Assembly: GCF_964213995.1 (NCBI RefSeq)
Contig: NC_135813.1
Span: 60,946,001-61,010,000 of the forward strand
Source of the DNA: Mustelus asterias
Lineage: Eukaryota
Length of the DNA stretch: 64,000 nt
Direction: 5' to 3'
Below are positions 24,860 to 38,109 of this stretch, in pieces. Made by a program: the position numbers and the translations under genes. The first letter of the stretch is position 1. Each line of letters starts with the position of its first letter. The notes beneath the pieces are model-generated. The model was not told the origin of the DNA and did no database searches. It was given only the letters and a program-made list of their open reading frames with translations.

Positions 24860-25740
24860 GGCAATATTTTTGGTAAAGTCTACATCGATTTTAGCAAGGC
24901 TCTTGTTAAGTTCACACATAGGTATGAACAGGTTGGATCTGAAATTGGCTCAGAGGCAGGAAGCAAAGGGTCCGTATATCAATGAGTGCTTCCATGATTG
25001 TTGTTAGATGATACACATTTGGCAATGTGTTTTGTGAACGAAGAAAGGTGGATAATGCAGGAAGACAACAATGGACTAGTCAGATAAGTGCAACTGCGGC
25101 AAATGGAATTAAATGCGGAAAAGTGTGAGGAACTGTATTTCAGGAAGGTCAACAAGACATGCGAGTACACTGTATAAATGGGACAATGCCGAGAAATGTA
25201 GAGAAACCGAGTGAACTAAAAATGCATTTCCACAGATCCTGAAGGCAGCTGAGCAACTGGATGTGGTCGCAAAGAAGGCATGTGAGGCAGTTACATTTAT
25301 AAGCTGAGGTATAGATTGTTAGAACTTGGTTATGCTGAAACTGTTGGAAATGAGCGTAGGAAAAATGTAATTGTACCAGAGCGAGTTCAGGGGAGATCGA
25401 GAGGGGTGTCGGCCGAAATGGAATATTTAGTTATAACTAAGTGTTGAATTGACCAGCGTTCTTTTCTTTGGAACAGACGAGGCTGAAGGGAGATCTAATT
25501 GAAGGCATAATATTCTGAGGTGTCTGGGCAGAATGGATAGGATAACAGTATTGCCAATGGTTGAGGAGTCGGTAAGAACGAGACTTGGATTTAGCATTAG
25601 AAGTAGAAGGTTTAGCGGAGACCCGAAGAGAATAGTTTCACCCAGAGGGTTTAGGGGATGTGGAACCTACTGCCGGAAAGGCTGTTAGTGGCAAATTAAT
25701 GGACAGTTAAACGCACATACAATGTGTAATCGAAAGGCTA
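24860..25740 (+). mobile_element. Old degenerate CR1 fragment in the J-C intron (paralogue about 44160-45040)
   Basis: GTCTACAT.GATTTTAGCAAGGC, CAAATGGAATT.AATGCGGAAAAGTGTGAG and AGGCTGA.GGGAGATCTAAT motifs. Confidence 0.7.
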
Positions 25741-27312
25741 ATGAATAAATGTTAGATTGTTCCTTGTGAACCAGTGCAGACACGATTGACCAAGTAGACT
25801 GTAATGATGTTGCAAAGATATATCATTCGATGATTCTGCGAATATATTATATTGCTTTCCTCCCTCACTGACGCACAGGGGCTACAATGTGCATATTTAT
25901 AAGGAACACTGCCGCAACTCCGGCAAGAACTTCCAAACCAGCCATGTCTCCCACTGGATGAACACACGGGCAGCAGATGCACGGCAGCACCACCAGTTGG
26001 TAAATCCCCATCAAGCCACACAGCATACCAAAGTAGAACTGTTTCGCCTTTCCTTCAATGTCGCTTGGCAAAAAATCTTAACTCCCTCCCTAACAACTCT
26101 GCGGTTTACCTATGACACATGGACGACATCGGTTTGAGAATGCGGCTCACCATCACCTTATCCATGGATATTTCGCGGGGGGCAATGAATGTTAGCTTTC
26201 TGATCACATCCCATGAATCAATAAAAATGGCAGTAATCCCCATGTTTTGTTCTATTCCTACTCACTGACAATCACAGAACCAGCAGCAGAGCTGAACGAG
26301 TCCACACCAATACTCAAAAACCTGACAACCTATTCCGAAACATTCCAAAGCAACTGGTGGGATAGGAAGAAAATGAACCGGAATTCCCGAGGGAAGCAAA
26401 CATTCGGCGCATCATTGACGTTTGTTACTATGTTATCCAGTAACAATCAGGATCGATTATTACTGGCGGAGTTCCCACAACAGTGTGGTTATTTTGGTCA
26501 TTTGTGATTAATGCGAAATGCTAGGTTGAGAATCTTGTACTGAACGGTTTTCAGTGAGTTTGGGAGTGAGTCGCACCCAGTCACCACACTATCCTTCCGC
26601 AGGCTGAATGCAAGAAAGATCTTAAAACACAATGTTGCTTTCAGTGGAATAAAGCAGCCTGGTGAGAACGTTTTGTATGTAATTCCAGCCTTCAATACCA
26701 GACTACAAGGGCAGTGTGTGAAACAGCCTGAACCACTATGTGGCTTTCCTACAATCATGGAATTATAGAGCACACAAGGTGGACGATCGTAGCTTGTAAA
26801 AAAACCTGCCCACATAGCTCATTTCCATGCCTGTTTTTTTCACTTTTGAAATGTTGAATATCGTCTTGCTAATTATAGTTCCGCTCGCGGTGTTCATACA
26901 GCTAGGGCACTCCACTCCCAAAACTGGCTGGGCGAAGGAAAACATCCCATCTTTTGAGCAATCCGCATTCAAATCATCTCCTTGCGCTGCCGACTGGATC
27001 AGATGGCTCAAACTTCTGGAAAGTCCCAGCAGATCAGACCGTAAGCTTCCAGTGAAATGAGCTTCACTCGTAATAAAATTGCTCCTTTACCCGATCCTAT
27101 AACTGCACACACTCCAGAAAATCGCCGAAGTTCTGAGCCCAGCTATCACTGCAATATCATTGGTTGCTGAATCAAAGATCCCCATAATAATAGTTTAGGA
27201 GCAATCAATTTGATTTGCCCTAATTCAATCCACCTATCCGACCGTTTCGAAGTACATTTCGTTATTTAGATAGCGTCACAAATGCTAGAGGACATTTAAG
27301 TGATGTACTTAC

Positions 27313-27659
27313 TGCCCAGGGTCAACTTAGTTCCTCTCCCGAAAATGAATCTATATGGACTGCTGAGCGTAGCACCACAGGAATAATCTGCAGCGTCTTC
27401 CGATTGCACGTTGGTGATGGTTAAATGCACCTTGTTACTCGATGGGTCCACAGACCCGGTGAATCGATCTGGAATACCCGAAGCTGTACCAGAGTACTGG
27501 TACCAAACAAGCACAGGGGCGCTGTCGGGTTTCTGCCAGTACCAGCTCGTGTAGGAGCTGCTAATGATGCCTCCGGACATGGTGCAAGTGATGGTGACGG
27601 TCTCTCCCGGTGAGGACGAAATGGACCCTGGTTGGGTCAGGACAGATCCGCAATTGTAC
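27313..27659 (-). pseudogene. IGLV: Germline-joined IgL VJ exon, cluster 2, frameshifted
   Basis: 347 nt; GATCTGTCC versus GATCCTGTCC in cluster 3 (1-nt loss near 27645) gives S-T-I-A-D-L-S-stop after splicing; YYC>YSC; downstream frame reads ..C-GATLSSPYRFI-FGRGTKLTLG. Confidence 0.87.
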
Positions 27660-27799
27660 CTGGTGAAATGCAAAGTATTGTTCGTCACACACTGTGAAAT
27701 GTTGAATATAGCTTACAATTCTGGTTCGTTAAAACACAAGCGGAAAAGCAGATAATGTGAAAAAAATGAGCATTACTTCTTGTTGACGCCCGTACTTAC

Positions 27800-27848
27800 T
27801 GTGAAAAGAGAGTATCAGTGCGGCGAGCACTCCAATCGATTGTGTCAT
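27800..27848 (-). CDS. IGLV: IgL leader exon, cluster 2 (MTQSIGVLAALILSFH)
   Basis: 49 nt, ATG at 27848, GTAAGT donor; belongs to the frameshifted gene. Confidence 0.88.
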
Positions 27849-27969
27849 GGAGAAGGTTTGGGGAGAGGAAGAAGGAAAATAAATCCTGATACGAATGCGC
27901 TTCTGAGTCCATTCCAACATCTCCTTAAAAAGATTCAAACACCGCAGGGCGAATGAATATTAACTACGT

Positions 27970-27977
27970 GTGCAAAT
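27970..27977 (-). promoter_or_regulatory. Mutated promoter octamer (ATTTGCAC), cluster 2
   Basis: Plus strand GTGCAAAT at the position where cluster 3 has ATGCAAAT. Confidence 0.8.
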
Positions 27978-28344
27978 TTTCTGTCACGTGATATTAGGCT
28001 GAAGATCTCCATTTCGGTATTGTCTGATATTTGCAGAATGCACACGTCAGCCATTTTGGAAAATAAGAAATATAAATCTCCCAAACCACACAATAGCATG
28101 CAAAATGGCTCAATACTCCCTCAAAAAAAGCAAACGGTGCGGTGAAACATAAAGTGATTAAATGGATCGTGGCTTGATCTCTGGAAGTCTGCAGATTACA
28201 ATAAATAAATGTTGAGGACAGCAAGCTGTTTAGTAGGTGTATCGTTCCTGGTGAATAAATTAGAGACTAAAAATGTGAGTTGAGATTTCATGTGCACATA
28301 GAGAGATGTAAGGGAATTGAGCACACGCATTATTGGCTTCTTGG

Positions 28345-28445
28345 TAGATAGATAGATATGTGGAAATGGGTGAACAGAAACAGAGATAGATAGATATAGG
28401 GATAGATAGACATAGATAGATAGACAGATAGATAGATAGAGACAG

Positions 28446-28486
<41 letters not shown>
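28345..28486. repeat. (GATA)n/(GACA) microsatellite
   Basis: Directly visible tandem repeat. Confidence 0.95.
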
Positions 28487-28829
28487 TCTGAAGTGAGTGA
28501 ATGATGGACAAGCCCCGAAGAACATTTTATTACCAACCTGGAATATGATTGAGGTGTCAAAACTGTCCACTCAACACTATTCAAGTGTTGGAAACCAATG
28601 GCATCCACAGTGAGTTAAGCCTTGGCAAAATGAAATGCTCTAGGAAACAGAGCTTTTCGCATGATTTTCGTTGTTGGATTTGAGGGGTACATTTGCTGTC
28701 ACGGGAAAGAATGAGTTTGAGAATGTCAATGCATTGGCCGACGGAGGAATGAGCTGAAAGTAGCAGTTTTTAAAAATCAGATTTCTGATGGCAGGTGACT
28801 CTCCCCCCAACAACGCTGGCCTCCCATCA

Positions 28830-28976
28830 CACAGTAAGAAGCCTCACAACACCAGGTTAAAGTCCAACAGGTTTACTTGTATTTGCTACCAAATAAACCT
28901 GTTGGACTTTAACCTGGTGTTGTGAGACTTCTTACTGTGCTTACCCCAGTCCAACGCCGGCATCTCCACATCATGA
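28830..28976. mobile_element. Penelope pLTR-derived palindromic insertion, specific to copy A
   Basis: 46-bp arms 28830-28875 and 28894-28939 with one mismatch; flanking repeat CTCCCATCRCAC; absent in copy B near 48120. Confidence 0.88.
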
Positions 28977-30289
28977 CTCCCATCGCACGACAGTATTGGA
29001 GAAGCCATCGTACAATGTTCCATTGCCCCCTCATTTGAAAAATTAAACAAAATCGGGCAAGCATTTTAAATGTTGATAACGTTAGCTTGTCACACACCAT
29101 CCCTCCATGTGTCCTTGAACAATTGTGAGAAGTAACATTTTGGTTATGCAGCTGAGGCGCACAGAGGACAACGAGAAGAAATAAACTAATTACTTCGCCT
29201 GGAGAGCTGACTGTCGCGGCTGCAGGTGCAGTTGCGTCAATATAAAGAATTCGAGAAGGTACATCGCAGAAGGCGGGCAATCAGCCCATCGCATCCATGT
29301 CGGTTCTGTAAAGGAGCGACCGAACTGGAATTTCTGCCTTGATCTTACTCCAGTTTTCGACATATTTTCCATCTTTTTGACGGTGATTGTTAAATCCTCT
29401 TCCGCTAGCCTTTGATCCAGTAGTCTCCAGATCATTAAGAGTCGGAACATATTTACCCACCACCACCCATCTTCTGTTCCTGTTCCCGGGTTATTTCAAA
29501 TGTTTGCCTTCCGGTGATCAAAGTTCCCGACATTTGAATCAGCTTCTACTTTCTCTAACCAACACCTTTAAGAACATCTTTATCAAACCTATTGTGCGGC
29601 TCTGAAGAGAACAACTTCAGGTTCTCTCGACTTTACACCTAACTGAAGACTTTTATCGCTGGAAACATGCTAATACACCTTCTGGCACATTCTCCAAGGC
29701 CTTGAAATACATTCCAAGAGTATTGTCAAGAACTGGACTCAATACTCTAACTAGGGTCGAACAACGATCAAAGGGTTCACATATTTGCTTGCATTTGTAC
29801 TCGGTTGTTGGAATTTTACTGACCCTCCTGTCGCTCGAGCGAAGGGTGGGGAAGGAATATTAAAATTGCTCCACACCGGGAAAATTTCCAAGCGGCGGTC
29901 AGGTAGAGGGATCAGGAACAGGTAATTAAAGTTGTTAGGTTGAAAGATATCGCAGGGTATTTACTGAAAGGATATGTCTCAGGTCCACGTCATGCAGTGC
30001 ATTCAGTACCCGGGGAGTGAGAGGCTTTAGGCCTTGCCTGTGGGTGGAATGTACAGAGTTGAGATCTGCAGTGTGGAGAGAGGGAGAGAGACAGATGCTA
30101 GTTCAGTTTAATGCAGCAAGACAGCAGGAGCGAGAGAAGAACCACCCTCATGGCATGTCAGCGGAATCGGAAAATGATTCGCACAGGGCCAAGAATGTAG
30201 GTTAAAGTTGACTGAAGACGGGACACAGCTGAAATAACAGACAGAAAGCGGGCCTACGTCATGGGGATGTTGAAGTCTCAATCGCTCCA

Positions 30290-32010
30290 ATGATTGCGTC
30301 CGACTGGAAGCAAAACTTTGCGATTAGTGACAGAGCTGAAGATTGGGAAGAATATAAAAACCGAAAAGGAATGACTAATAAAGTAATGACGAAGGAGAAT
30401 TTGGAGTATGAGAGAATGTTAGCTAGACATATTAAAATAATGTAGGAATTTCTATATGCTTTTAAAAAAGAAAATGCTCACTAAAATAAGTGTGGTTACT
30501 CTGGAGAAGGAGTATCGGAAATTCATAATACGAAATGAGGAAATGGCGGCAGAATTGATATATTTTCTCTGCCTCGCTGTAGAATACATAAATAATATCC
30601 CAGAAATATGTGCAGGTGAAGAGGTAGAAGGGAGCGAGGAACATAAAGCAATTACAACCACCAGGTCACTGCTACTGAGAAAACAATCAGAACTAAAGGC
30701 TGTCAAGTCGTTCGGACATGTTGGAGCTGAGTGGATGCAGAGGCGATGGGCCGATTGGCCTCCTTCTGCATTGTAATGATTTTATAATTCCATGAGATCG
30801 GGAAATAGCATATCTAACTCCTCTATTCAAGAAAGGAAAGGCAGAAAACATGTAACTACAAGCCAATTAGCCTAACATCTGTCAAAAGTTAAATGCTAGA
30901 ATCTATTATTAGAAGGTTATAGCATGACACTTGCAATTATGCAGAGCCAACATAGTTTTGTATAATTGAAGCCATACTTTACGAATTTGTTATACTTACT
31001 TGAGCAACTTATTAGTGGCGTGGATAAAGAGGAACCTGTAGACTTGGATTTCCAAAAAGTATTTCATAAGATACCGCTTCAAAGGTGCATTATGCAAAGC
31101 CTAATAGGAGCTTATCAAGTATGGGGGAACATTTATCACGAATCGAGGACTGGTTGGCTTACAGAAACAGAGAGGTAGGGTAATTGACCATTTTTTGAGG
31201 GAGGGGGGAGGGAACTGTAGCTGATGGTATATCACACAGATTACATCTGGGGCCTCAACTATTTTCAATTTATGGAAATGACATGGATGATGGGACGGAT
31301 TGATTCCAAATTTTTCTCACGACATTAATACAGGGGGAAAAGTAAATTGTGATGTTAGCATAAATGGTATACAAAGGGATTTAGATAAGTTACTGAGTGG
31401 TAAAAAGAAACAGGTGGAGTACAATGTGGTGAAATGCGAATTCGTCCACTTTGGCTGGAAAAATGGAACGCAGCAAATTGTTCACACGGAGATGAGAATG
31501 CAAAGATCTGGAGCACTGGGGGATCTGGGTGTCCTGGCACGTGATTCACGAAACTTTAGCATGAAGCTGTAAGTGACTCGGAAAGCAAATGCAATGTTGT
31601 CACCTATTGCAAGTGGGATGGAATATAAAAGTAGAGAAGATTCGCTGCAAATTTGTCGTGCTTTGGTGAGAACCCATCTGAAGTACTTTCCTGTTGGCCC
31701 AGAACGGACACAATAGCACCAGCAACAGTTCGGAGAAAGGTGCACCCATCAGATGAAAGGGATATCATTTAAGGAAAGGTTGGACAGGTTGGACCTGTAC
31801 CCATTAGAGTTTAGAAGAATTAGAGGTGATTCTGCTGAAACACATACTACCCTGAGGGGAATTGAGATGGTGAATGCTGAGGAAGTGCCTCCCCTCTAAA
31901 GAGACTAGAAGGAGGGGACATGAATTAAAATAAGAGGTTTTCCAATTGAGATGGAGATCAAGAGAATTTCATTCTCTGTGAGAGCCATTAGCCTGTGGAA
32001 CTCTCTTTAC
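30290..32010 (+). mobile_element. Old degenerate CR1 LINE (paralogue about 49430-54730, interrupted there)
   Basis: AACTACAAGCCAATTAGCCTAACATC, DLDFQK.F.KIP, YNVVKCEFVHFG and TTTAGAAGAAT.AGAGGTGAT motifs. Confidence 0.8.
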
Positions 32011-32014
32011 CAGG

Positions 32015-33690
32015 AATATTCCATCGTGAATGTTGGTGGATAATTAAACAACTCACTGGAGGAGAAGACATCGCAAATGTCCCCATCCTCAATGATCAGT
32101 GAAAAAGATAAGGTTAAAGCCTTTGAAACAATCTTCTGTCACATGTGCCAAGTGGATGATCTATCTTGGCTTTCTGCAAAAATGGTCAGCATCACGGATC
32201 TCAATCTTCAGCCAATTCAATTCGCTCCACGTGATATTAAGAAACGGCCGACGGTGTTGGATATTGCAAAGGCTTTGGGCCCTAACAATATTCTGTCGAC
32301 AGTCCTGAAGACTTGTGCTCCAGACCATGCGGCCCCGCCAGTCAAGTTGTTCCAGTACATCTACAACACGAGCATCGACCCGGCATTGCATAAAATTGCC
32401 CAGTTATGTCCTCTACGAAAAACGAAGGCCAGCTCCAACTTTATTCATTAGCCATCAGGCCACTCAAGATCGTCAGTAAATTAATGGAAGGTTTCATTAG
32501 CAGCGCAATCAAACGGCAGGAACTCAGCAGGAACCTACTCATCGACAGATAGTTTGGATTCCGCTAGTCACTCAGCGCCTGACTTCATTACAGCCTTGGG
32601 TCAAACATGGAGAAGAGTGAGTGTGAGATGTGAAGTGACTGCGTTTGACGTCAAGGCAGCACGTGTGGAATTAAGGAGCCCGAGCAATAATGAAGTCAAT
32701 TAGAATTAGAGAGAAAACTCTACGCTAGTTGGAGTCATACATACCTGGCACAGAGTAAGAGTGTTGAGGTGGTTGGAGTCCAATTATCTAATTTGCAAAC
32801 TTCACTGCAGGAGTTTCTCAAGATGGTGTCCTAGGCCCAACCATCTTCAGCTGCTCTATGAATGATCTTCCTTGCATCATAATGTCAGCAGTGGGGATGA
32901 TCGCACAGTGGACAGTACCATTCCCGCATCCTCAGAGACTGAAGCCGTCCATGTCCAAATGCAGTAAGTCCTGGACAATATCCAAGATTGGGTTGACAAG
33001 TGGCAAGTAACCTTCGTGACAAAGTAGTGTCAGGAAATGACCATCTCCAACAACAGAGAATCTAACCATTGTCCCTTGACATTCAATGGTATTGCCATTA
33101 CTGTCGATACCCTGAGAGCGACCATTGACCAGAAATTGAACTGGTCTTGACATTTAAATATGGTGGCTACAACAGCAGGTCAGAGGGTATGAATCCTGTG
33201 GCAAGCATCTCACTTCCTTACTCGCCAAGCCTGTCCGCCATCTGCGAGGCACAAGTCAGGAGTGTGATGGAATACCTTGCACGAGCCAGGAGAGCGCAGC
33301 TTCTATAACTTTCAAGCTCACACCATCCAGGACAAAACCTGGCTGGCACCGCTTCCACAAACTCCCTCCGCCACGATGAACAGTGGCAGCAGTGTGTACC
33401 ATCTGCAAGATGCACTGCAAAAACCCATCCTGTCTCCATAGGCAGCATCTTACAAAATCACATCGCTACCGACCAGAAGGACAAAGGCAGCAGACACATG
33501 GGGACACCACTACCTTAGCGCTCCCCTCCAAGTCATTCGCAATCTGACCTGTGGATATATTGCTTACCTAGACCACAGGGACTGCGCTGATTCAACAAAG
33601 CAGTTCACCACCACGATCTCGAGGGTAATTAGCGGTGAGGAATAAATGCTGGTCCAGCCAGCAATGCCCACATCCACGTAAAAAAATACA
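32015..33690 (+). mobile_element. Degenerate non-LTR retrotransposon of a second CR1/L2-type family (paralogue about 54735-56730)
   Basis: KALGP.NI...VLKTCAP, AGV.Q.GVLGP.IFSC..NDLP remnants; tail AATAAATGCTGGTCCAGCCAGCAATGCCCACATCC. Confidence 0.75.
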
Positions 33691-34732
33691 GAATTCGATA
33701 AATTCCTGATTGAAAATGGATCCAAAGAGTATAGGGGTAGACAGGAATGTGGGGTCGAGCCCACGATCACATCAGCCACGACCTTAGGCCTAATCTTCGT
33801 TCCAATTCATATGATCGTATGATTCGTATTTCCGCCCTTTTTGTCTAATTTTATCCTATCAAATGTCTGAACTTTCGGATCCATTAATGTGGCACTGACA
33901 GCATTATCTTTAGTGAATGACGCAGGAAAGGAAGTGATAGTAAAACATTTAGTGACACTGGATTCTTACTGCTTCGAAGCATTCGGATTTTCTGATATTA
34001 TGGACATTCACCACTGAAAAGGGGAACTCATTAAACATCCGAATTAATTGACAATACCTTCAGAGAATATGCTGAAAACGGCTTTCATGTCCGAATCCCT
34101 ATTTTCGAAGTATCCACGTATTGTGCCAGGAATTGATATTTTGAGATATTTTAACCGCAAATACACGTCGTGGAATAACACGGTCCTTGGTCTAACAAGT
34201 GCAATATTGCCATCAGCTGGTTCAGCGCAAAAAGCGCACAGGTTCATTGGGATTCGTTCTGGACATCTTTCATCTATTGTGCGTAGTCCAATAGAAAGCA
34301 GGGGGAATGAAATGACAATTATAACATAAAATTCTGGATAAATTCAGGAGATCTGGTAACACTTGTGAAGAGCGCAACGCAAATTGTGTCCAGTCTCTAA
34401 TAAATTAAGCGTAAATCTCATCAGTACTTTTATCATGCATTTCAAACGTTTCGAAGGCAGGCGCAGGCGCAGCCTCAAACAAGGGAGCAGGAACTAACAC
34501 TGTAAAGCATGGCGGACGCTGCCGTCCGGCGACTAATTACCGGATTAGTATTGCAGAGTCCTGGAACAAGCAATGATTCTAAATCCCACCATGGTATCTG
34601 GCAATAAATCTTGAACAAAAATAGTTAGAATGATGTTAACCATGAAACTAATGAATTGCTGAAAAAAACATTCGCTTGATTAACATCATTCCGGGCAGGA
34701 AATCTGCCATTCTTACTGAGTACATCTGTGAC

Positions 34733-35016
34733 TCCACTTTTGCCGTCACGAAAAAGATACAGAAGTCTGAGGACACGTACCAAGCAACTTGAGAACAGTT
34801 TCTTCCCTAATTCCCTCAGACTTCTGAATGGACCTACCTCGCATTTAGTTGATGTTTCTCTACACCCTGGCTATGACTGTAGCATCACATTCGGCACTCC
34901 CTCCTTTCCTTCTCTATGAACGGTATGCTTTGTCGGTATAGCATGTAAGAAACAATACTTGTCACTGTATGCTAATATGTAAGACAAGAACAAATCAAAT
35001 AAAATCAAATCAAAAA
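34733..35016 (+). mobile_element. 3' stub of the Rex1/Babar-like LINE at the array junction (also 57813-58102)
   Basis: Matches 15893-16166 including (TCAAA)n tail and immediate 3' flank. Confidence 0.8.
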
Positions 35017-35779
35017 CATTTGTGCTGTGAGGGAAACATGTACACAATACATGACAAGCCACGTTGGTGACACGCTGTTAGCAGTGGTATTGATGATGAA
35101 CCTCCTGATCAGATTGGTTTACGTGTTACAGAAATAGCCTGTTCAGCTGAAATGATTCTAAAAGTAACGGCAAAGTAAGGCCAAAGCGGTAGTGGCGGAA
35201 GTTTTGGTTTCAATTGCGGAGGTAGTTACAGATGAGAATTCGAGGCCAGGAGTGAAGGAGTTTGGGGGAGGGAGAGGCGAACATCAGTGCGGATGTATAA
35301 CCCAGCAGAAAGCAAGAGCACAACTGGTGCCATGCTGAAAACATGCTATTATTTATATAAATTGTAAAGAGTTGCGGCCACAGCACTCATCACTGTAGCA
35401 CGCCACCCCTTGCACCTTGCCAATCAGAAAATTGTCCCTTTTGCCGACTCTCTGTTTCCTGTTCGCTGGCAAATTTTCTGTCCATGCCCCCACACGATAA
35501 ACTCTCATTTTCCGCAATACCCTTTGCTGAGACATCTTATTAAATGCTTACTGAAAATCACAGTCCATCCACCTGCTCCCCTTTATCCACAGCACGTTAC
35601 TTCTTCAAATCACCCCAGTAAATTGGCTAAACATGATTTTCCTTTGACAAAACTGTGTTGGCTCTATCTGATTACGGTGACCTTACTTATGTGCCCTGCA
35701 ATCAAATCTTTAATAACCGCTGCTATCATTTTCCTGATATGTCACATGTTCAGCTAACTGGTGTTGTTCAGCTAACATG

Positions 35780-35950
35780 TTAGGTTGATTGGCCAGGTTA
35801 AAAATTGCCCCTTAGAATCCTGGGATGCGTAGATTAGTGGGTAAATATGTGGGGGTAGGGCCTGGGTGGGATTGTGGTCGGTGCAGACTCGATGGGCCGA
35901 ATGGCCTCCTTCTGCACTGTAGGGTTTCTATGGTTTCTATGATTCTATGA
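35780..35950 (+). mobile_element. HE1-type SINE 3' half, specific to copy B
   Basis: HE1 tail with (TTCTATG)n; empty site in copies A (about 16530) and C (about 58850). Confidence 0.85.
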
Positions 35951-38109
35951 TGTGTTGTTTCCTGCGATAGGTCTCTTTATCCTATTGCATTAAAGTGCTA
36001 CATTCGCTGTTTTCCAACCTAGTGGGCGCTTCCCAGAAACTGTGGAATTTTGGAAAATTAAAAGCAACCCATCAATTGTCCCTTTTGCCACTTCTTTTAA
36101 GACCTTCGGGTGAAATCCATCAGGACCTCGGGATTTATCAATACACATCTTCAACAACTTTCTTAATGTCATTTCCCTGACGATTCTAATTTTCTTGAGT
36201 CCTTCTCTTCCATTTCCTGCTCTACAGCTATTTCTGTGAAACAACTTGAATCCTCCACAGTGAAGACGAAAGCAAAATGCCTGTTCTCTTCATCTGTAAT
36301 CTTTTTGTTTGCTACAAATTCCCCAGACTCAGTTTCTATCGACCTGTCGCCCAGTCGATTAACGGTTTTGTTTTTTTATCGTTTAACTTTACAATTTTAA
36401 GTTGATTTATTAGTGTCACGAGTCGGCGTACAATAACACTGCAATAAATGACGATGAAATCCCCCAGTCGCCACACTCCGGCACCTGTTCAGGTACACTG
36501 AGGGAGAATTAGCAATGCTAAGCACTGTGCCACAGTGCCAAAGGCAAGAAATAACTGAAAAAACCCCAGAGCATTCGGGAAACGAATCAGCTGGTCTGGA
36601 AGCATCTGTGGATCAGAAACAGAGTGAAAATTGCGCCTCCAAATGTGCCAGATGAAAATACATGCGATGAGTTTTGTTGACCTGAAATTCACTGAAAGAG
36701 TACAGGAAACCGATCCAATTAAAACTTCAAGATGAAAATTGGATTGTTTCATGAAACCGATGTCTGCATGAAATGCTATTCGAGCACTGGAGTGCGATTA
36801 CTTGGATAGCTCTTTCAAAGAGTACAGTGGGTCAATGGCATTTTTGTGTTGTATTCTTCTGGGAAATGGTTGGGAACTGAGCTCAATATAAGGGTACTAA
36901 GTCATTTTTCAGTTATGTTTCCCTTTGGAGGGAACCAGATGTTTATCCATTCTATGTACACACATTTCTCTTTAGCTGGTGACATAAAGTTGCATCGCCA
37001 GTTGTAATGATCAGGAATGCAAGAGCTAAAATGATGACGGAGCAGATTCAGAAGTCTCTTCTAAAAGTCAATAGAACTTACATGTGAAACGAAGAACAAT
37101 TGAAAGATTATGGCGAGAGAACGTCATGGATTAACTGGCCATCGCCACTTCTCTTTGCTTCTATTCTAAACAATTGTCCACTGATCCTGAGTCTAAGCCC
37201 CCATGTTCTGAATTTCACAGCCAGGGCAAACCTCCGGCAGGACTCTTCAGTTGCAAAGACAGGGTCTTTCGGATAGTCGGTTTGTCTGCTCCGCCAACTC
37301 ACCTTCCCGCTGATGCTGTCTGCTCCGCAGCCATTGGACATATGGTGGAGACAGAAATCGGGCAAAGGCAAGACATGCACACGCTTCTGCGGAGGAGGTA
37401 CCACTTTAGAGGACTGACGGCCAACCGTTTGTGCAGCAACTCTGTCGGTTCGAGCGATGGCGACACTTCAGATTACAACCGGTCTCTAATGACGAAATCT
37501 ACTGTCGGCCAAATGAGGGAGGTCGTTGGAGCTTTGGTGGGGCCAAGTTGGCAAACCACATCGAGGGAAGTGAGGGGAGGGGGTGCACCAACACTCAGCT
37601 ACGGCTGTTAGATTAGTGTTTTGACATAGTCCGGTCCCAGCCAGGGGAATAACTGTAGAGCGGACAGGATGAAGCACCTGAGTGACTCTTAATATGTCAC
37701 TTAAGGGCCTCAATAGGCTCAAAGGTGCGCGTGCCGCAGAACGAATTTGTTCCTCCCAATAGTTGGAGGAGATTTCCAATCATCACAGTAGAACAGTTCA
37801 GTGAGACGATGGTCAGATAGAGCTTCGTGCTTTCAGAGTGCACAAAGAGCCTGATGTGCTTTCAGATGATGCATACAAGGGGGAGCATGTGGATGGGAAA
37901 AAGAATGGGGGCCAGGGACATATTGTTGAGTTGCAAGCATGGGAGCAGGAAGTGAAGCCATTGCAGGCAAATCTGTGGATATTATTTGATAAATAATGGT
38001 GGATCAGATCACGAGAATAGGCCCAAGCAACTGATCAACGGTGGAGATTTTTTGGATCGTGAGTTGAGTCGTGTCAACGACAGACGCCATTCCGAAAAGT
38101 ATGAGCAGT

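Larger units (their letters stand above)
15893..34732. repeat. Tandem segmental duplication unit, copy A (contains IgL cluster 2)
   Basis: Collinear with 34733-57812 throughout (C exon, intron, VJ, promoter, microsatellite, old LINEs); roughly 85-90% identity by eye. Confidence 0.92.

Noticed and set aside
27296-27688. 130-aa ORF suggesting an intact V gene
   Set aside because: Its N-terminus is intronic; the spliced leader enters a different frame and stops after a few codons
28196-28608. YLSI-repeat ORFs (also 47625-47905)
   Set aside because: Translation of the GATA microsatellite
36523-36537. CACTGTG-C-CACAGTG resembling a V(D)J signal joint (also near 59422)
   Set aside because: It is the reverse-complemented SINE head (CACTGTGCCACCGTG) with one substitution; no nonamer at 12 or 23 spacing
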